DNA from: Toensbergia leucococca
Lineage: Eukaryota
Assembly: GCA_022813965.1 (NCBI GenBank)
Contig: JALDZS010000011.1
Span: forward strand, 124,001 to 188,000
Length of the DNA: 64,000 nt
Direction of reading: 5' to 3'
Shown here: one piece after another, positions 46,518 through 59,614 of the stretch
Position numbering within the stretch: the stretch's first letter is position 1
Layout of the letters: each line of letters opens with the position of its first letter
Position numbers and translations under genes: made by a program
The notes under the pieces: model-generated
The model's database searches: none
The model's input: only the letters and a program-made list of their open reading frames with translations
Told to the model about the DNA's origin: nothing

Positions 46518-49454
46518 TCAGTTAGAGATATCTGACTCCTTGGCCGTGCTGGCCCGATCATGGACAGAAGCTAATCCAGCCATCATTTTTCCAATTCCAC
46601 TTCTTGCGTGCAGTGTGCGGGTTGTCTCAGCGGTAGTGCCTTGGCTGCCTTCCTGCTCACGCCCGCTGGCAATCGACCTGGTTGCTGGCTTGAGTATCCC
46701 TTGATTATCAGTTTCCAAGACACTAGCAGTAGAGTTTCGCCGTTGCATCCTTCTCGCGGCGTCTGCGTCTTCTTTCCTGTGTAGGGACTCACTTGGAAGT
46801 AAGATAGCACGATCCAGTTCATAAGGTAGCCCACGGTGTCGACCACGGACTTGCATCGCGATGATGACTAATTTAGAAATGACAGAGAATTCGGCCGAAA
46901 ATGAGGCGTCGATATTGGGGTAGCCAAGTGAGAGTCCGACAGTGCCATAAGCGGAAACGATCTCGAAGAGGCAAGCAAACATGGTAAAAGCCGAGTCATT
47001 CGAGTTTTGAATCCGATAACCCTCAGCTATGGCGATAACAAAGAGACCTAAGAAGATGTACCATAGATCGAAACTCAATTGACGGCGCAGATGTGCGCCC
47101 ACGTAACTTGGCTCCTTCTCATCTTCGTCTTCGTCCATCTTGGAGCCGTAGATACCTAAACTCTTTTCCTCATAGACGTTTGTTCGACGAACAGAAATAG
47201 CAATAGGAAATACAGAGATATACATCATGATTAAATAAGATACCTGAATTGCTGGATGTAGATTTGCTATATTGACGACCGAAAAGCCTGCTGTACGTGT
47301 GGATGCGGCTTGAAACAAGCCATCCAAGACTCTATAGCCGGACGAACCAACAGTTGTTACGGTGGGGTCGTTGAGCTGCACATTCATTAGTAGATACGTC
47401 AAGATAAAATATGCCAGAAAAGTGTACTCACGTCAAGTATAATATAGAAGACAAGGTCGACACCGTTAAGAATAACTAAAATCCAGAAAAGCCACCACGT
47501 TGCAATTCCTGGAAACATCAGGGTGAAGCAGCGTCGAGGATGATCAAGTAAGAATTTGAGTTCCTCCCATACTCCACTTTCTCGAGGAACAACCAAATGT
47601 GTGATCCAGATGATTAGTCGAAGCATGCAGGGGAAGCCAGTGTTGCCAATGACAATTAGAAAGGTCCCGATCAAAAGAGGAAAGACCGCTTTATCAAAGG
47701 ATGACATTGAATCCGGCGTGAGCGTGAACCCAAGATCGTTGAACATAGAAGCGCTCGTGAAAATACCCCTGCACGCCATATGAGCATTTACACACACATT
47801 CTTTTAAAAGAGAACACTCACCACCAAACTCTCGATTGACCGTCATTGTCTACAATTGAACCCCAAGTGGGCGTGCGAAGGATCCACGGGAGGAAAGTGA
47901 TGAGGCCAAATAAATGCCACAAAAAATAATATACTGAGTATTACGTCTATTAGTATTTGGACACCAGTTGATGCCATTTGATCGCAAGTGGTGGGAAGCA
48001 TACAAACAAGTACAATAGCCAACGTCTTCAACGAACGGTACTCAATACCACCAAGCTCCTCTCTTTGCTCTTCTGTAAGATCTACAAAAGCAGAATTTCT
48101 CCCTATCGTCGGCTGCCAGCTGAGATATGGCATAGCTTCTTTCTCTCTACTGCCCGATTGCCTAAAACTTCCCGTAGTGCCGGCCCGTGGTCGGGCGGAT
48201 GACGGGGCCTTTTGAAATATCGGTGTAGCTTTCCCGTGATCCGTGGTACCGGCAGTCATGAAAGTCAGTCTGCGGGGATGTTCAGGCTGATCTATGGTTA
48301 TGCTTCGCTTTCTCTGAAGATCGTTCGAGCTGAACGGTGTGAGCTTATCCAATGGACCATGCGGATGCCATATAGGCTCGATGGGACTGGTGACTTGCGG
48401 ACTCAACTGCCCATCGTCGATTTCCTGATCTAGGGTCTCCGGGACATGACCGCGATCGAAGTCTCGAGGACCTGGTATCCGGAGTGTTCCTTTATCCTTA
48501 GGTCGCCGTTGATTCTCGAGAAACGCAATGTGTTGCTCCTCGCTTGGTTGTTGCGGTTGGCCCTGGATCGGTAAGTCTATATCGCCTTCACTCTCAACCT
48601 CGTCTGCAAAAACGATATCCCGATGGAAAGTTGGGGTTTGCTGGCTGGACGGCTGTGGCGAAAGCAGTTCACCATCACGATTTGTCGATTCGTCGCTTTC
48701 TCTCTGGCTTTCAGTGGATGTCTCCTGGGACCCGCTTTCTCGACCTTCGGCAGAATCCAGCTTCTCGGATTCGAGCATTGCATTCAAGTCACCATTGGGT
48801 ATCTTCTTCCCATCATGTAGAACCACGATACTTCGACCATTGACTCCCCGCTCCACCCGGTCCAAATCTTTGTCACCTATCACTTCAGTCTTCGTTCTCG
48901 ATCGAGTGCGGGTGCGGCGGATATTCCGAGCCTCCTTTACGACATGCTGAAATCGGCGTTCAAACCAATACAGTCGAACAAAGACAACAAAGGTGTTGAT
49001 AAAGATAGGCGTGGCGAACATGGGGATAAAGAACAAGACGATCTGGATGGATGGTGAACAGAAGAATCATCGACCGAATTCTCTAATGTATTACCTGCTG
49101 GAATGTGTTGAGATCATTGACATTGACTCTAGTAAGATATTAGCCGGACGTCAGGGACGCGCCATGGCTAAGCAAAGTAACTCACGGATTGAGACCACTC
49201 TGTGTGGCTGCTCCAGATGAAAAGTATAAAGCGTCGATGTAGGCCAGACCGCCAGCTGCGTATAGCATTACCGATCCAACTATGGCCCAGGATATCAAAT
49301 ACATGTCTAGGAAATCAGCGTTTGAGACAGCTTGAGCTTTCAAAGACCACATACAGTGTATGTGTAGAAAGCTTAAGTGACGCTTTTTGAAGGGTGAACC
49401 CGGATTGTGCGCTTTCAGCCATTCCCATGATTCGATAAAAGGGCCAAATACCAT
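46518..49454 (-). CDS. TRK1: Trk-family high-affinity potassium transporter
   Basis: Pore motifs SGAATQSGLN, SMFNDLGFTLTPDSM, AASTRTAGF and FEIVSAYGTVGLSLG; also REELGGIEYRSL and GRHRGLPYELDRA. Seven exons. The start codon could be 49454, 49481 or 49496. Confidence 0.92.
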
Positions 49455-50332
49455 GGTGGTAGAAGAATGTAAAGCCAGCATAATGGCGGTTGGCATGGGA
49501 GTCTCGGACTCGTAGAAGGAAGGAGACAGGGTGACGGAGTGAAGTAGTAGCGTGTCGGCGAAGGAGCAGCAACGGCGATGCAGAGATCAATGCAAAGCCA
49601 ATTGCAGGATTGGCGGGTCGTAAATGATCATGGTTGGGTCGGGGATGGATAAGGTCAAGATAAGATTCGGTAGGATGGCATAATTAGCATGAAGACACGG
49701 TTGTTGAAAGTTTGCAATTGAGGGAGTGGTGGATGGCAGTGTTGGCAACTTGGCAATTGGCATGGAATTAATTCATGTCGTAGTGCTCGGTACGAGTAGC
49801 GCGCTGCATGCCAGCCTCACGTGCATATTTAAATGCAAGAAGCTGGAAGTATCCGCGGGAGCAGAATATTCCTTTACCAAACACTCGAGGACTCGAGGAC
49901 TCCGACCGCCGCGGCACTCGACTACGAGTACAACCCTCGAGTGGCTCAATGACAAAGTCTGATGCCCACCATGCCCGTGTCCTTCATGTTCTCTCACATG
50001 CGATAAGAAGCAAAGACCCAATCTAGACAAATGACATGATATTTAAATCCAGAATCTGCGCTCCGACTACATCATACCACTCGACCTGCCACCTCTGAGC
50101 TCGCTGGCTTTCCGTGCTTTTCCGAAAGGCGGTGGTCTTTAACAGCGTTGAGATTACTATTTGGTCGTGAAGATTTATGCAATGCAATTGCAAATCCAAT
50201 CATCCTGCCAAGCGCCCCTGCTTTCCTATGCTTTCCTGTGCTTTCCTATCAGACTTTCTCTGAAATCTGCCCTCCGTGATATCTCGAATCATACTCCAAA
50301 CTCAAAAACCGTCCTCCAATACCCAGAGTCTC

Positions 50333-52652
50333 TTACACACCGCTTCTGTATACCTGGCCACCGCCAGATCGCATTTGCACCGTCTCCCTTCTCTGCAGCA
50401 CTACTAACGCTCTGTTCAGCGCTTGCTCACTGTATCCCCGTCCCTCGACAAATTCTCTCCGAAGCGTCGCAAGGCTCGTACTCCACCCAATAGGCAATCT
50501 CCTTCTCAGCTCCTCTTCCACTTTCCCTACCTCCGCCATTAACTCTTTGCTTCCTTGGCCGTCTCCTTGCGTTACAGCATCCATGGTCGATGCGAGAAAT
50601 AATCGGATCGCTTCATCGACATGTGCTTCTGACGCGATGGGTGAAAGCGAGATCTTGGCCAAGGATTCAGTGATGCGAATGATGGCTTCGAGTTGACGCA
50701 CTGTGATCGGGATGGAAGACCGGACGTTGGCCGAGACTTCGGCACTGTGCACTTGGCGCCGGATGGAGACGAAGTGAGACGATAATTTTTCGGCCGCTTC
50801 AGGCGACAATCGAGGGGCACACCGTCTGCTTACGTTAGGGACCATAGCTTAGCACTGGCTTCATTAGAGACTCACGATTTGCAATAGCTGATGTATCTCT
50901 TCATCTTCTCCACCGAAATCTCTGCTTCAGTCTGTTCTTCAAGTCCTCGTCCGCCCATCTGAATACCCATGACATGCCTCGCTATTCGTTCATCCCGACC
51001 TTTCTCGTGCTCATCCCGAACAATGAAGATCATGTCAAAACGAGACAAAATGGTGGTCTGGAAATCAATGTTCTCACCCGGCGTCTTGAGATCGTCGTAA
51101 CGGCCAAATATGGGATTCGCTGCTGCCAGTACAGATGTTCTCGCATTCAGAATGGTGGTGATACCTGCCTTTGCAATCGAGATCGTTTGCTGTTCCATGG
51201 CTTCATGGATCGCTACGCGGTCTTCATCCCGCATCTTATCGAATTCATCAATGCAAACTACACCACCATCTGCAAGGACCATGGCGCCTCCCTCGAGGTA
51301 GAATTCCCGCGTATTTGTATCGCGCTGCACTGACGCCGTCAACCCGGCAGCCGAAGAACCCTTTCCCGAGGTATAGATGGCAATCGGGGCAACCTTTTCC
51401 ACAAATTTGAGGAGCTGCGATTTTGCCGTTCCGGGGTCACCCAACAGCAAGACGTTGATATCTCCACGGAGCTTCATACCATCAGGTAGTATCTTCTTCG
51501 AACCTCCAAGAAGCAAACATGCGATAGCCTTTTTGATGTCCTGGTTTCCGTAAATCGACGGAGCTATGCAGCTAGAAATGACATTGTATAGATCAGGTCG
51601 TCTACTCATCTCGAGAAATTCTTGCTCTTCCTCTTCGGAGAATATGGCGTGCCCCTTCGCCGTGTGGTCGACATCGCTAGTGATTCCCACTGCTCGCAGA
51701 TATGGGTTCCGAATTGCAACAGCCGAATTTGAAGAGCCTTTGGACCCTTTGTTTGCGTAGATGGAGAAAACGCCCATGACAGTGCATCGTGACCCCGGCA
51801 CAACGCGATTTGTCAAATACCGATCAGCTGATATTAGAATGTGCCTAGGCAATTCTCCAACTGGGACCTGATCAGGGGCTTCTTGCAGCTTCAGTACCTG
51901 TTGATCAATGAACTGACACTTTTCGTGAACCACAAAATACGGATCGAGTGGGCATTTATCAGTCGGGTCTCCTTCGGTCCTCTTCCGTGAGCATACTCGA
52001 GGAAGGCTTATGCCTGTGAGGCCGCCCGTTACCGGTAATGTTTCTGATTGCTGGCAATTTCGACATTGTATATGAAGAGCAGTCGCTTTTGATGACAGGG
52101 TTGATGCGCCTATTACAATACCGGGTATACGAACAAGATGAGAAATATTCATAGCATCGAGGTCACGTATGGATATCTGCGAGACGGTGGAGTGGAGAAG
52201 GAGTTGGTGCTCTGGCAAACGAAGATCGTCTGCCTTTTGTGAAGGGTAGACTATGCGGTTTGTGCACTGCTTCAGAGCTGCCTCAAACTATGCTGGGATT
52301 AGCAGCAAGTTGAAAGTACAGAATAGAATTATAAGTACTAGAGGAATAATGTCTGCCGGCTGAGTGGTAAGCTTGTGGGCCAACTCTTCATTATAAGATA
52401 TCAGGTGTGCTATATCGATGTCGCAGTAGTATTGTTTCACGAGCACATTTTCACGAATTTGGTCCCTAAGCACAATTAGCTCGTGTAAGTAACGACAGCA
52501 GTTGTATTCCCATACCTATAGATGAAGGCATTATCAAGTCGGAATTCCAAGATAAATTCACGCAATTGCGCCTGCACCTGGCTTCGAGAATCCTCGCTGG
52601 CGTCAGCATCTGGGGCAAGCACACTGAGCGAGTATACTGATTGTCGATCCAT
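50333..52652 (-). CDS. MCM5: DNA replication licensing factor Mcm5
   Basis: MDRQSVYS start, Walker [26 protein letters not shown], Walker [10 protein letters not shown], arginine finger SRFD and ITVRQLE. Three introns. Confidence 0.96.
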
Positions 52653-52735
52653 TCCGTCAATTCTGGTGAGCGAAATAAGAGACTAGAGTTGCGCTGACAG
52701 GAGAGGAACATGGAGTCGCGACTTTTAGATATTCT

Positions 52736-52761
52736 ACGCGTCGCAGAGTGAATTTCGCGTA
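52736..52761. promoter_or_regulatory. MCB/SCB-like elements upstream of MCM5
   Basis: ACGCGT at 52736-52741 and TTTCGCGT at 52753-52760, about 85-110 bp upstream of the MCM5 ATG. Confidence 0.55.
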
Positions 52762-53023
52762 AAGTGTCTGTCTTTGTCAGCAGCAGGGAACAAGGATAAA
52801 GGCACCAGTACGATGTCACGATGTTTTATTCTACGACATTACGTTACTCCGTTTCCGTACTCCGTCCGGATACAACACGCCGAACGCCTTTTCAGCTTCC
52901 AACATTCAAAGTTGACTTCATTTCACTAATGACACATGGCACATTCTTCTGCCTATTGCATACCTAGAACAGCCACTTGCCTACCCTAACGTGCCTCCTC
53001 ATGCCGTCTCCAATTCAAACAAC

Positions 53024-56000
53024 ATGTCCTCCCCAGCTCCGAGGCGATCAATCGACAATTCCGAATCGCCTCGTTCTATATCTTCAAACAGCCAATATCC
53101 CTTCCCTCAATATGACTCTCCCCAGAGACCTGGATCAAGTGGCCGCTACGGCACAAGACATGGTTCGACGGCGAGTTCCATCACATCTATCGGCCGAGTC
53201 TTGGACCCGTCGTCGCAGGGCCGAAAGGAGCCAATAGCAGAGTTTGGTAACAATGGTATATACTCTGTAGTATTTACTCGAAAGAGTCGCTTACCATACC
53301 ACTGCAGCGATTGCTACACTTCTTCAACCCCCCATTGTTCGTACTGGGCTTCTCCCACATACAAGTGTCCCTACTGCACAGAAGCCGCCCTCAACGAAAG
53401 ATATACCTCCCGTCGCCCTCACCAACATTCCACATATCGAATTGACAGCTTTCAAGCCGTACCTAACTCAAGCCGGCTCCCTGTACGAGGCTTTCCAACG
53501 TGCAAAGGAGGATGGCGATGATGGAGGCACGCAACTGTTCAAAAGATCTCGGAATTCCTTGAAGGCAGATCAGCTGTCAGATCTACTCAACCACAGTTTG
53601 CAGAGACGACAGTCTGCGGCTCTAGGTGTGCCCCATGCCGAATCTGTCCCCTCGGAATCTCCCTACGAGATGCATCAATCGAAGAGAAGGACTAGTGGCG
53701 GCCCCTCCAGGCGAGCGGGACTTACAGTAACCCCTTTATCTACCATCCCCAACGTCTACTTCGAGCAAGACTTTCATATAGAGAACCCAAGGACATTCGA
53801 CATTGTCAGTGAGCGATCCGAGATAGTCCGTCCTTCAGGAGCCAATGGATCTGTAACGCCTGGGTCTAGTGGTAGGAAAGCGTTAGCATCGAACGCTATT
53901 CTGCAGGAAAAGCTGTCGTGGTACATGGATACTGTTGAAATCCATCTCATATCGTCAATTTCTACGGCGTCATCATCATTCTTTGCTGCTCTAGGCTCCT
54001 TACGAGAACTACATTCTGAAGCGTCTGATTCGGTTGCCAAGATTAAGATGCTAAGACAGGATCTAGGAAAACTGGATCAAGACATGGCTATTGGAGGACT
54101 CAAAGTGGTCGCTATGCGGAGGCGTCGAGAGAATATGCGGAAGCTTGGGAATGCAGTCGATCAATTACGCCAAATAGTTGAAGCAATGACTCACTGTGAA
54201 GAACAGGTGTACAAGGGCAAAGTAGAGGAAGCAATACAAGGGCTGGCAAAGGTCGAACGGCTGATCGCTGGTGAGAATGAGAAGCAGACTATACTAACTA
54301 GGGACTCGCAGTCAAACTTGGTCCAAGGAAACCTGATTGACCTCCGTGGGATCAAGGCCATGGAGAGTTCAGGGAAGGATATTGCACTCCTCAGGAGAAA
54401 AATAGGGAAAGGATTTGAGGCAAGGTTCATTGAATCTCTTCTTGGGGACTTGCGTAGGCATGTCGATGGCGTTCCCTCCAGTACAACCTTCCAGCGATGG
54501 GACAAGGCATCACAGCGATTTCGTGGCAACCATGCTCGATCACCATCCGTGTTTCCGGCGTACCTGCATCTTGACGAGACTCTGGGCTCCACACTACGTG
54601 TTGATCTTCAGGGCCTAGCGCAATCTGAATGTGTAATGCCAGCTGCATTAGCTTATCGAGAGGCTGTCCAGCGAGAAATCAAATCCTTGATCCGGCGGCA
54701 TCTTCCGAGTTCTAGCGATGATGACAACCAGTCGGCAATGTCAGCATCTACTCAGGGAGGCCGGCGGTTGAGTCAGCAGGAAAAGAGCTCAATTCTTGCA
54801 GAAAATCTCCGTGCTCTTGATGCGGAAGATGCTGAAAAAGTGCTACAGAACATCTACTCTAATGTAGGTGAAGCTCTGCGAAGACTGGGGACTCAAGTGA
54901 AAGTTCTCCTAGATATCACCAGCAGCCTGGGAGGTCGTCCGGCTTCGGCAGGCTTCAAGTCGCCAGAAATTCCGCAAACACCGACGTCAAATAGTTACCC
55001 AAATGGCTTTTCAAAAGACTCATCACGATCAGCACCCACGCAACTTGAAATTCAACAAGTCTTAGATCTTTCGAGCCTTTTAGGTCAAGTAGTAGACGCG
55101 GCACAAACACAAATTACTAAAGTTTTGAAAGTCCGATCCGAACAAACTGCTCATCTTACCTTACCGAGGTTTTTGAGATACTTCAGTCTCAACAGGCTGT
55201 TTGCAGATGAATGTGAGGCCGTTTCCGGACGTGGTGGCACGGCTTTGAAGACTATGGTCAACAATCACATCAAGGACTTCGTTGCCCAGTTCGGGGATAT
55301 TGAACGGAGACACATGATACAGAGCATGGATGCTGATCGGTGGGACGCAAAGGATTTTACCGAAAAAGATGCCGAAATGCTAGCTCGTGTTTTGGAAGGC
55401 AGTACTAAGGATGTGGAGTTCTGGACGAAGGGATCTTTGATATGGGAAGACCTTGATTTTACTGCGAACGGTCAGCTCCAGCCCAACGGACCAGTTACGA
55501 ATGGCGTAGCAAGTACAAGAGATAAAGTCCGCAGTGCTACCATTGACGAGCAGAAATACATTCTACCGGAGTCAGCTTTAACGGTCCTGGGCGGCATTGA
55601 GCACTTTGAGCACCTCATGACTGGCATACCAAGCATGACGCAAGAAATCACTTCCTCCCTCCTTGAATACCTCAAAATTTTCAATTCTCGTTCATCGCAG
55701 CTAATCCTTGGCGCTGGGGCAACGAGGAGCGCGGGTCTCAAGAACATCACCACCAAACATTTAGCACTGGCATCCCAAGCCCTAAGCTTTGTCATTACAA
55801 TAACACCATATATCCGTGAATTCGTTCGAAGACATTCCTCAGGTTCAGGCAATCCGATGGTTGAATTCGATAAAGTCAAAAGGTTGTACCAGGAACATCA
55901 ATCCGGAATTTATGATAAGCTTGTCGATATCATGAGCGGACGAGCTACCACACACATCGCTGCCATGAAGAAAATCGACTGGGATACGCAAATAGATAGC

Positions 56001-56436
56001 CAGAATGCTAGCCCATACGTAGAGACGCTTGTCAAGGAGACGACAACTCTGCACAAGGTGCTCAGCAAGCATCTGCCCGAGATAACGGTGCGCATGATCA
56101 TGGACCCAGTATTCAGCAGCTACAGGGAACAGTGGGGAAAGGCGTTGCTGGATGTGGAGGTACAGACGGGGGCAGGGAGGCAACGGTAAGATTCATTTTT
56201 GCATTATAATGTCCATCTTTAACGAGGCTAATTCTCTCAGACTGCTCCACGACGTCGAATTCTTCAAATCCCGCATAATCAAGATCGACGGCGCCGGCGA
56301 CATTGGCGACTACCTGACCAACATCATCAAAGACAAGTCCATTGCTCAAAAGGAAGATAGTCCCGCAACCGTCCCGAACATCTCCAAAACATCGTTAGAA
56401 AAGCCGGCTCATGACACGGAGGCTAACAAATCTTGA
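53024..56436 (+). CDS. VPS54: GARP complex subunit Vps54
   Basis: AIATLLQPPIVRTG, LSTIPNVYFEQDFHIENPRTFDIVSE, LQEKLSWYMDTVEIHL and QLILGAGATRSAGLKNITTKHLALASQAL. Two introns. Confidence 0.93.
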
Positions 56437-57079
56437 CCCTATTCATCTTCATACCCAACTGTTGATATACTTCCCTACCCGCTACTAGCACTTCCATTGC
56501 TTGCCTGAACATTTGTTGTACCTTCGCGCAGAGGTCTTGTTGTAGCTGCGAGCACTGACTGGCATTAGCAAGGCGTTCAGTCACGTGTATGAGACCCCGA
56601 CTAGGGCCGGCATGTAAATTAGATACTCGTACTCGTACTTGTATTCAAATAGTCATCTTCATAAGTGCCTGCAATTTGCTTCGTGATCCACAACCCTAAT
56701 ACCATCATTCAACTGCTGCCTAGTCCTTAGTTCCACTTCTCCATCGCTTGTGTGTGTGTCCGGGGCAGGACCGAGATCTTCATTAGATAACAAGGCCAGA
56801 ACTAAAAGGCGGCGATGTAACATTCGCTTCTCGATGAATGGACTGACTGCCAACATGGGTCGCAGACCTTCACGTCAGCGGTAAACCCCCTATTAAAGAT
56901 GTCGACCGTAAAAAGCCAGCTGACTCCCAAAACCACCGGCCTCGACAAGGTTTGGCCGAACAAGGCAGAGCAGGCCAGATAGCACATTCAAAGCCAAACG
57001 CGCCGGAACGACGCAAGCCCGTTGCAAACACTGTAATGCCCCTCCCCCAAGACGCAGACTCCACCGCCTCTCCCCCACC

Positions 57080-59201
57080 TCACGACTTCTCAGCCTCCAT
57101 CCGAGCCCGCAAATCACGAATCAGCGCCTTGGCTTCCTCGACCTCCACGCCATCCTGACAAAGCTCATTGGCCAGCTCCATCGCGCGCGCCAGGCCTCCC
57201 CGCCCAAATTCCCACCTCGCGAGCCACATCCGCGCCTTTGACGTCGTGTTGGTGACGCCGGTCCCGGGACCTCGGGCCTCGTCGTCTTCGTCGTCGCCGG
57301 GGCCTTCCTCCTGCGCCAGCGTCATTTCCATGTACGAGGCCGCTTGGTCAATGTCTTTGAGTTTCTCGTGCATGAGCGCGATCTGGTAGAGTGTTTCGGG
57401 GTCCAATACCCCGCTGGTGGATTCCACGTTTGTTGCGCCGGATCCAAAGGAGCTTCCCGAGTCGTAGTACGATCCGGCTACTAGAGCTCTCTTGTATGCC
57501 TTGATGCTTTGCAGCGGCTTGCCTACTTTATCATAGCAGCTGCCTACAGCCTGCCACATTTTGGGATCGTAGGGTCTTAGGCTGGCTGCTCTTTGATAAT
57601 AGAAAAGCGCATACAGGTGCATTTCGAGGACCTCGTATGTTTGGCCGAGGCCATACCATGCCCTGTAATCTTTCCGATTGACATCCACAGCTCGTCTGTA
57701 GCTCTCGATGGCTGCATGCGTATTCTTCATTTCTACATACTCATGGCCCATGAGCGTCCACGCAGAAAGGAAATTACGATCAAGCGTCAGTGCGCGACGG
57801 AAATACATGACCGCCTTTTCATGCTCCGATTTGAGAGAATAGTAATTTCCCACAACGCAGCAGGTTTCGGGACGAAATTTGTCGGTTGCGGTAGCAAATT
57901 GGGCTAGAAATGCGAGTTTGGGCCTAGCTGACATGACATAGAGGATGTTCGAATAGTGATCAAGAGAGTCGATTCGATGTGGGTCCGCGTGTAGCAATGC
58001 GGCAAATATAGATTCGGCTTCGTCAAAGTCTTGACTAAACGTCAGTTGGGGGAGCGACTGAGTCACGACATTACGCACCTTTGGAATGATAATGAAGCAA
58101 AGCACGTTGAGTTTTAAGAAAATGACTCTCTGGGAAGATTCTCTGAAGTTCGCTCAATTGCTGGTAGGTTTGCACGGTCGATTGGTAAAGCTCCTGGCTA
58201 GCATAGAGATGAAATATTAATGTCATGATATTTTGGGGTAACTCTGGAACTATTTGTTGAAGCTGTGGTAAAATCGCATCAGCCATTGCTGCTATGTTTG
58301 TTTACTGACCTTACCTCCTCTACACTTCCCAAGAGTTCGCTCAACTCTAGCCAAGCACCCCAATTATACGGACACCGGTGTACACTTCTAATCAACCATC
58401 TCTTGGCGTCTTCCTCGGTTTTTCCCTTGGCAAGGACAATGCCGTAGAGATACTCCAGCCATCCTTGAGTATCTTCGTGCGTACCCTTGGCTGCTTGTTC
58501 TGCGAACCAACCCTCTAAACCCCTCCCCAGACCAACGAGCTCTCTATTGATTGTTGTCCCAGCATCAGCTGGCCCCAAGATCATTTCGCTTTCCTCATCC
58601 TTTCGCTTCTCTCCCGACATGTATTTTGCATACAAGGCTAGAAACAAGGCTTTTTGACTCAAACGAGGGAAGGTGTTGCGAGATGGTAATGTGCTAGTGG
58701 GCTTGGTGTGGCCTGAATCCCTGGACTTGCCCTTTACTGCTCTGGTTGGGGTACCTGTTTTGACGTTTGGGGAGGTTGGTAGCAATGGCCCTCGAGCGAT
58801 ATTGGACGGAAGGAATACAGCGGCGCAACGGTCGTATTCGCGACAATCGAAATACGATTTTGCCAGAAGGTATTTTTGCACCTCATGAGCCTCAAGGCGA
58901 GCTTCTTCGGGGTTGGGATTACTAGAGACGACGGTAGGTACTGATGGGGGTGACTGTTCTAGATCTTGCATGGGCGAATCAGGATCCGTGTCTGAACCGT
59001 TTGATAGATCAGCTGGGGTATTAAGAGAGGAGGACAATTCTGCAGCCCTAGAGAGGCGCTTTGCTCAGTATTGGGAAATGAGAGGGCATGAACAACGGAC
59101 CATTTGGCAGACTGGTAAAGACATCTTTCCGAGCACCTCACTACAGCATCTTGGAGGGTAGCTTGCAGCTGCTCTGCATTCTTCTTGTTGAAAGCTGCCA
59201 T
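57080..59201 (-). CDS. CDC23: APC/C TPR subunit Cdc23/Apc8
   Basis: CSERCLYQSAKW|AAELS, YLLAKSYFDCREYDRCA, DKFRPETCCVVGNYYSL, AWTLMGHEYVEMKNTHAAIESYRRAV and DYRAWYGLGQTYE. Three introns. Confidence 0.95.
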
Positions 59202-59318
59202 GTTGATATATGGTCAAAAGAATCAACCTAGCACCGTTTGTGGTATTGTGGACTTTTCACACATCACCCTCTTCAGGCATTTGCATTTCAATTTCAGACG
59301 TCAGTTCTCTCGAGTCGC

Positions 59319-59335
59319 AACGCGTGTAACGCGTG
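59319..59335. promoter_or_regulatory. Tandem MCB elements in the CDC23/ERG20 divergent promoter
   Basis: AACGCGTG twice (ACGCGT at 59320 and 59329). Confidence 0.5.
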
Positions 59336-59614
59336 GAGAAGTGCTCGTACTACGTGGTGACGGAGTACTCTGTCAGTCTGTCTCACTGTCTTAGATATCA
59401 ATTAGCGTGGCGCCTAAAAAGGGCAGGGCCCTGGGCCAGTGGGCCACCAGGGCCGAGGCTTGAACTTAATAATCAGTCTCGGTCCAAGGCGCAAGAATTC
59501 CGCGCTCACATCCCTGTCGCCGATCTCTGTCATCCCAGGAACCGCGCTGAAAGCTCTTCTTTGCTGACACCACAAAATCAAGCAGATTCCAATATCAATT
59601 AATGCCCCAGCATC

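Noticed and set aside
49880..49945. ACTCGAGG repeats upstream of TRK1
   Set aside because: Only two exact tandem copies plus loose matches, which is compatible with simple slippage.
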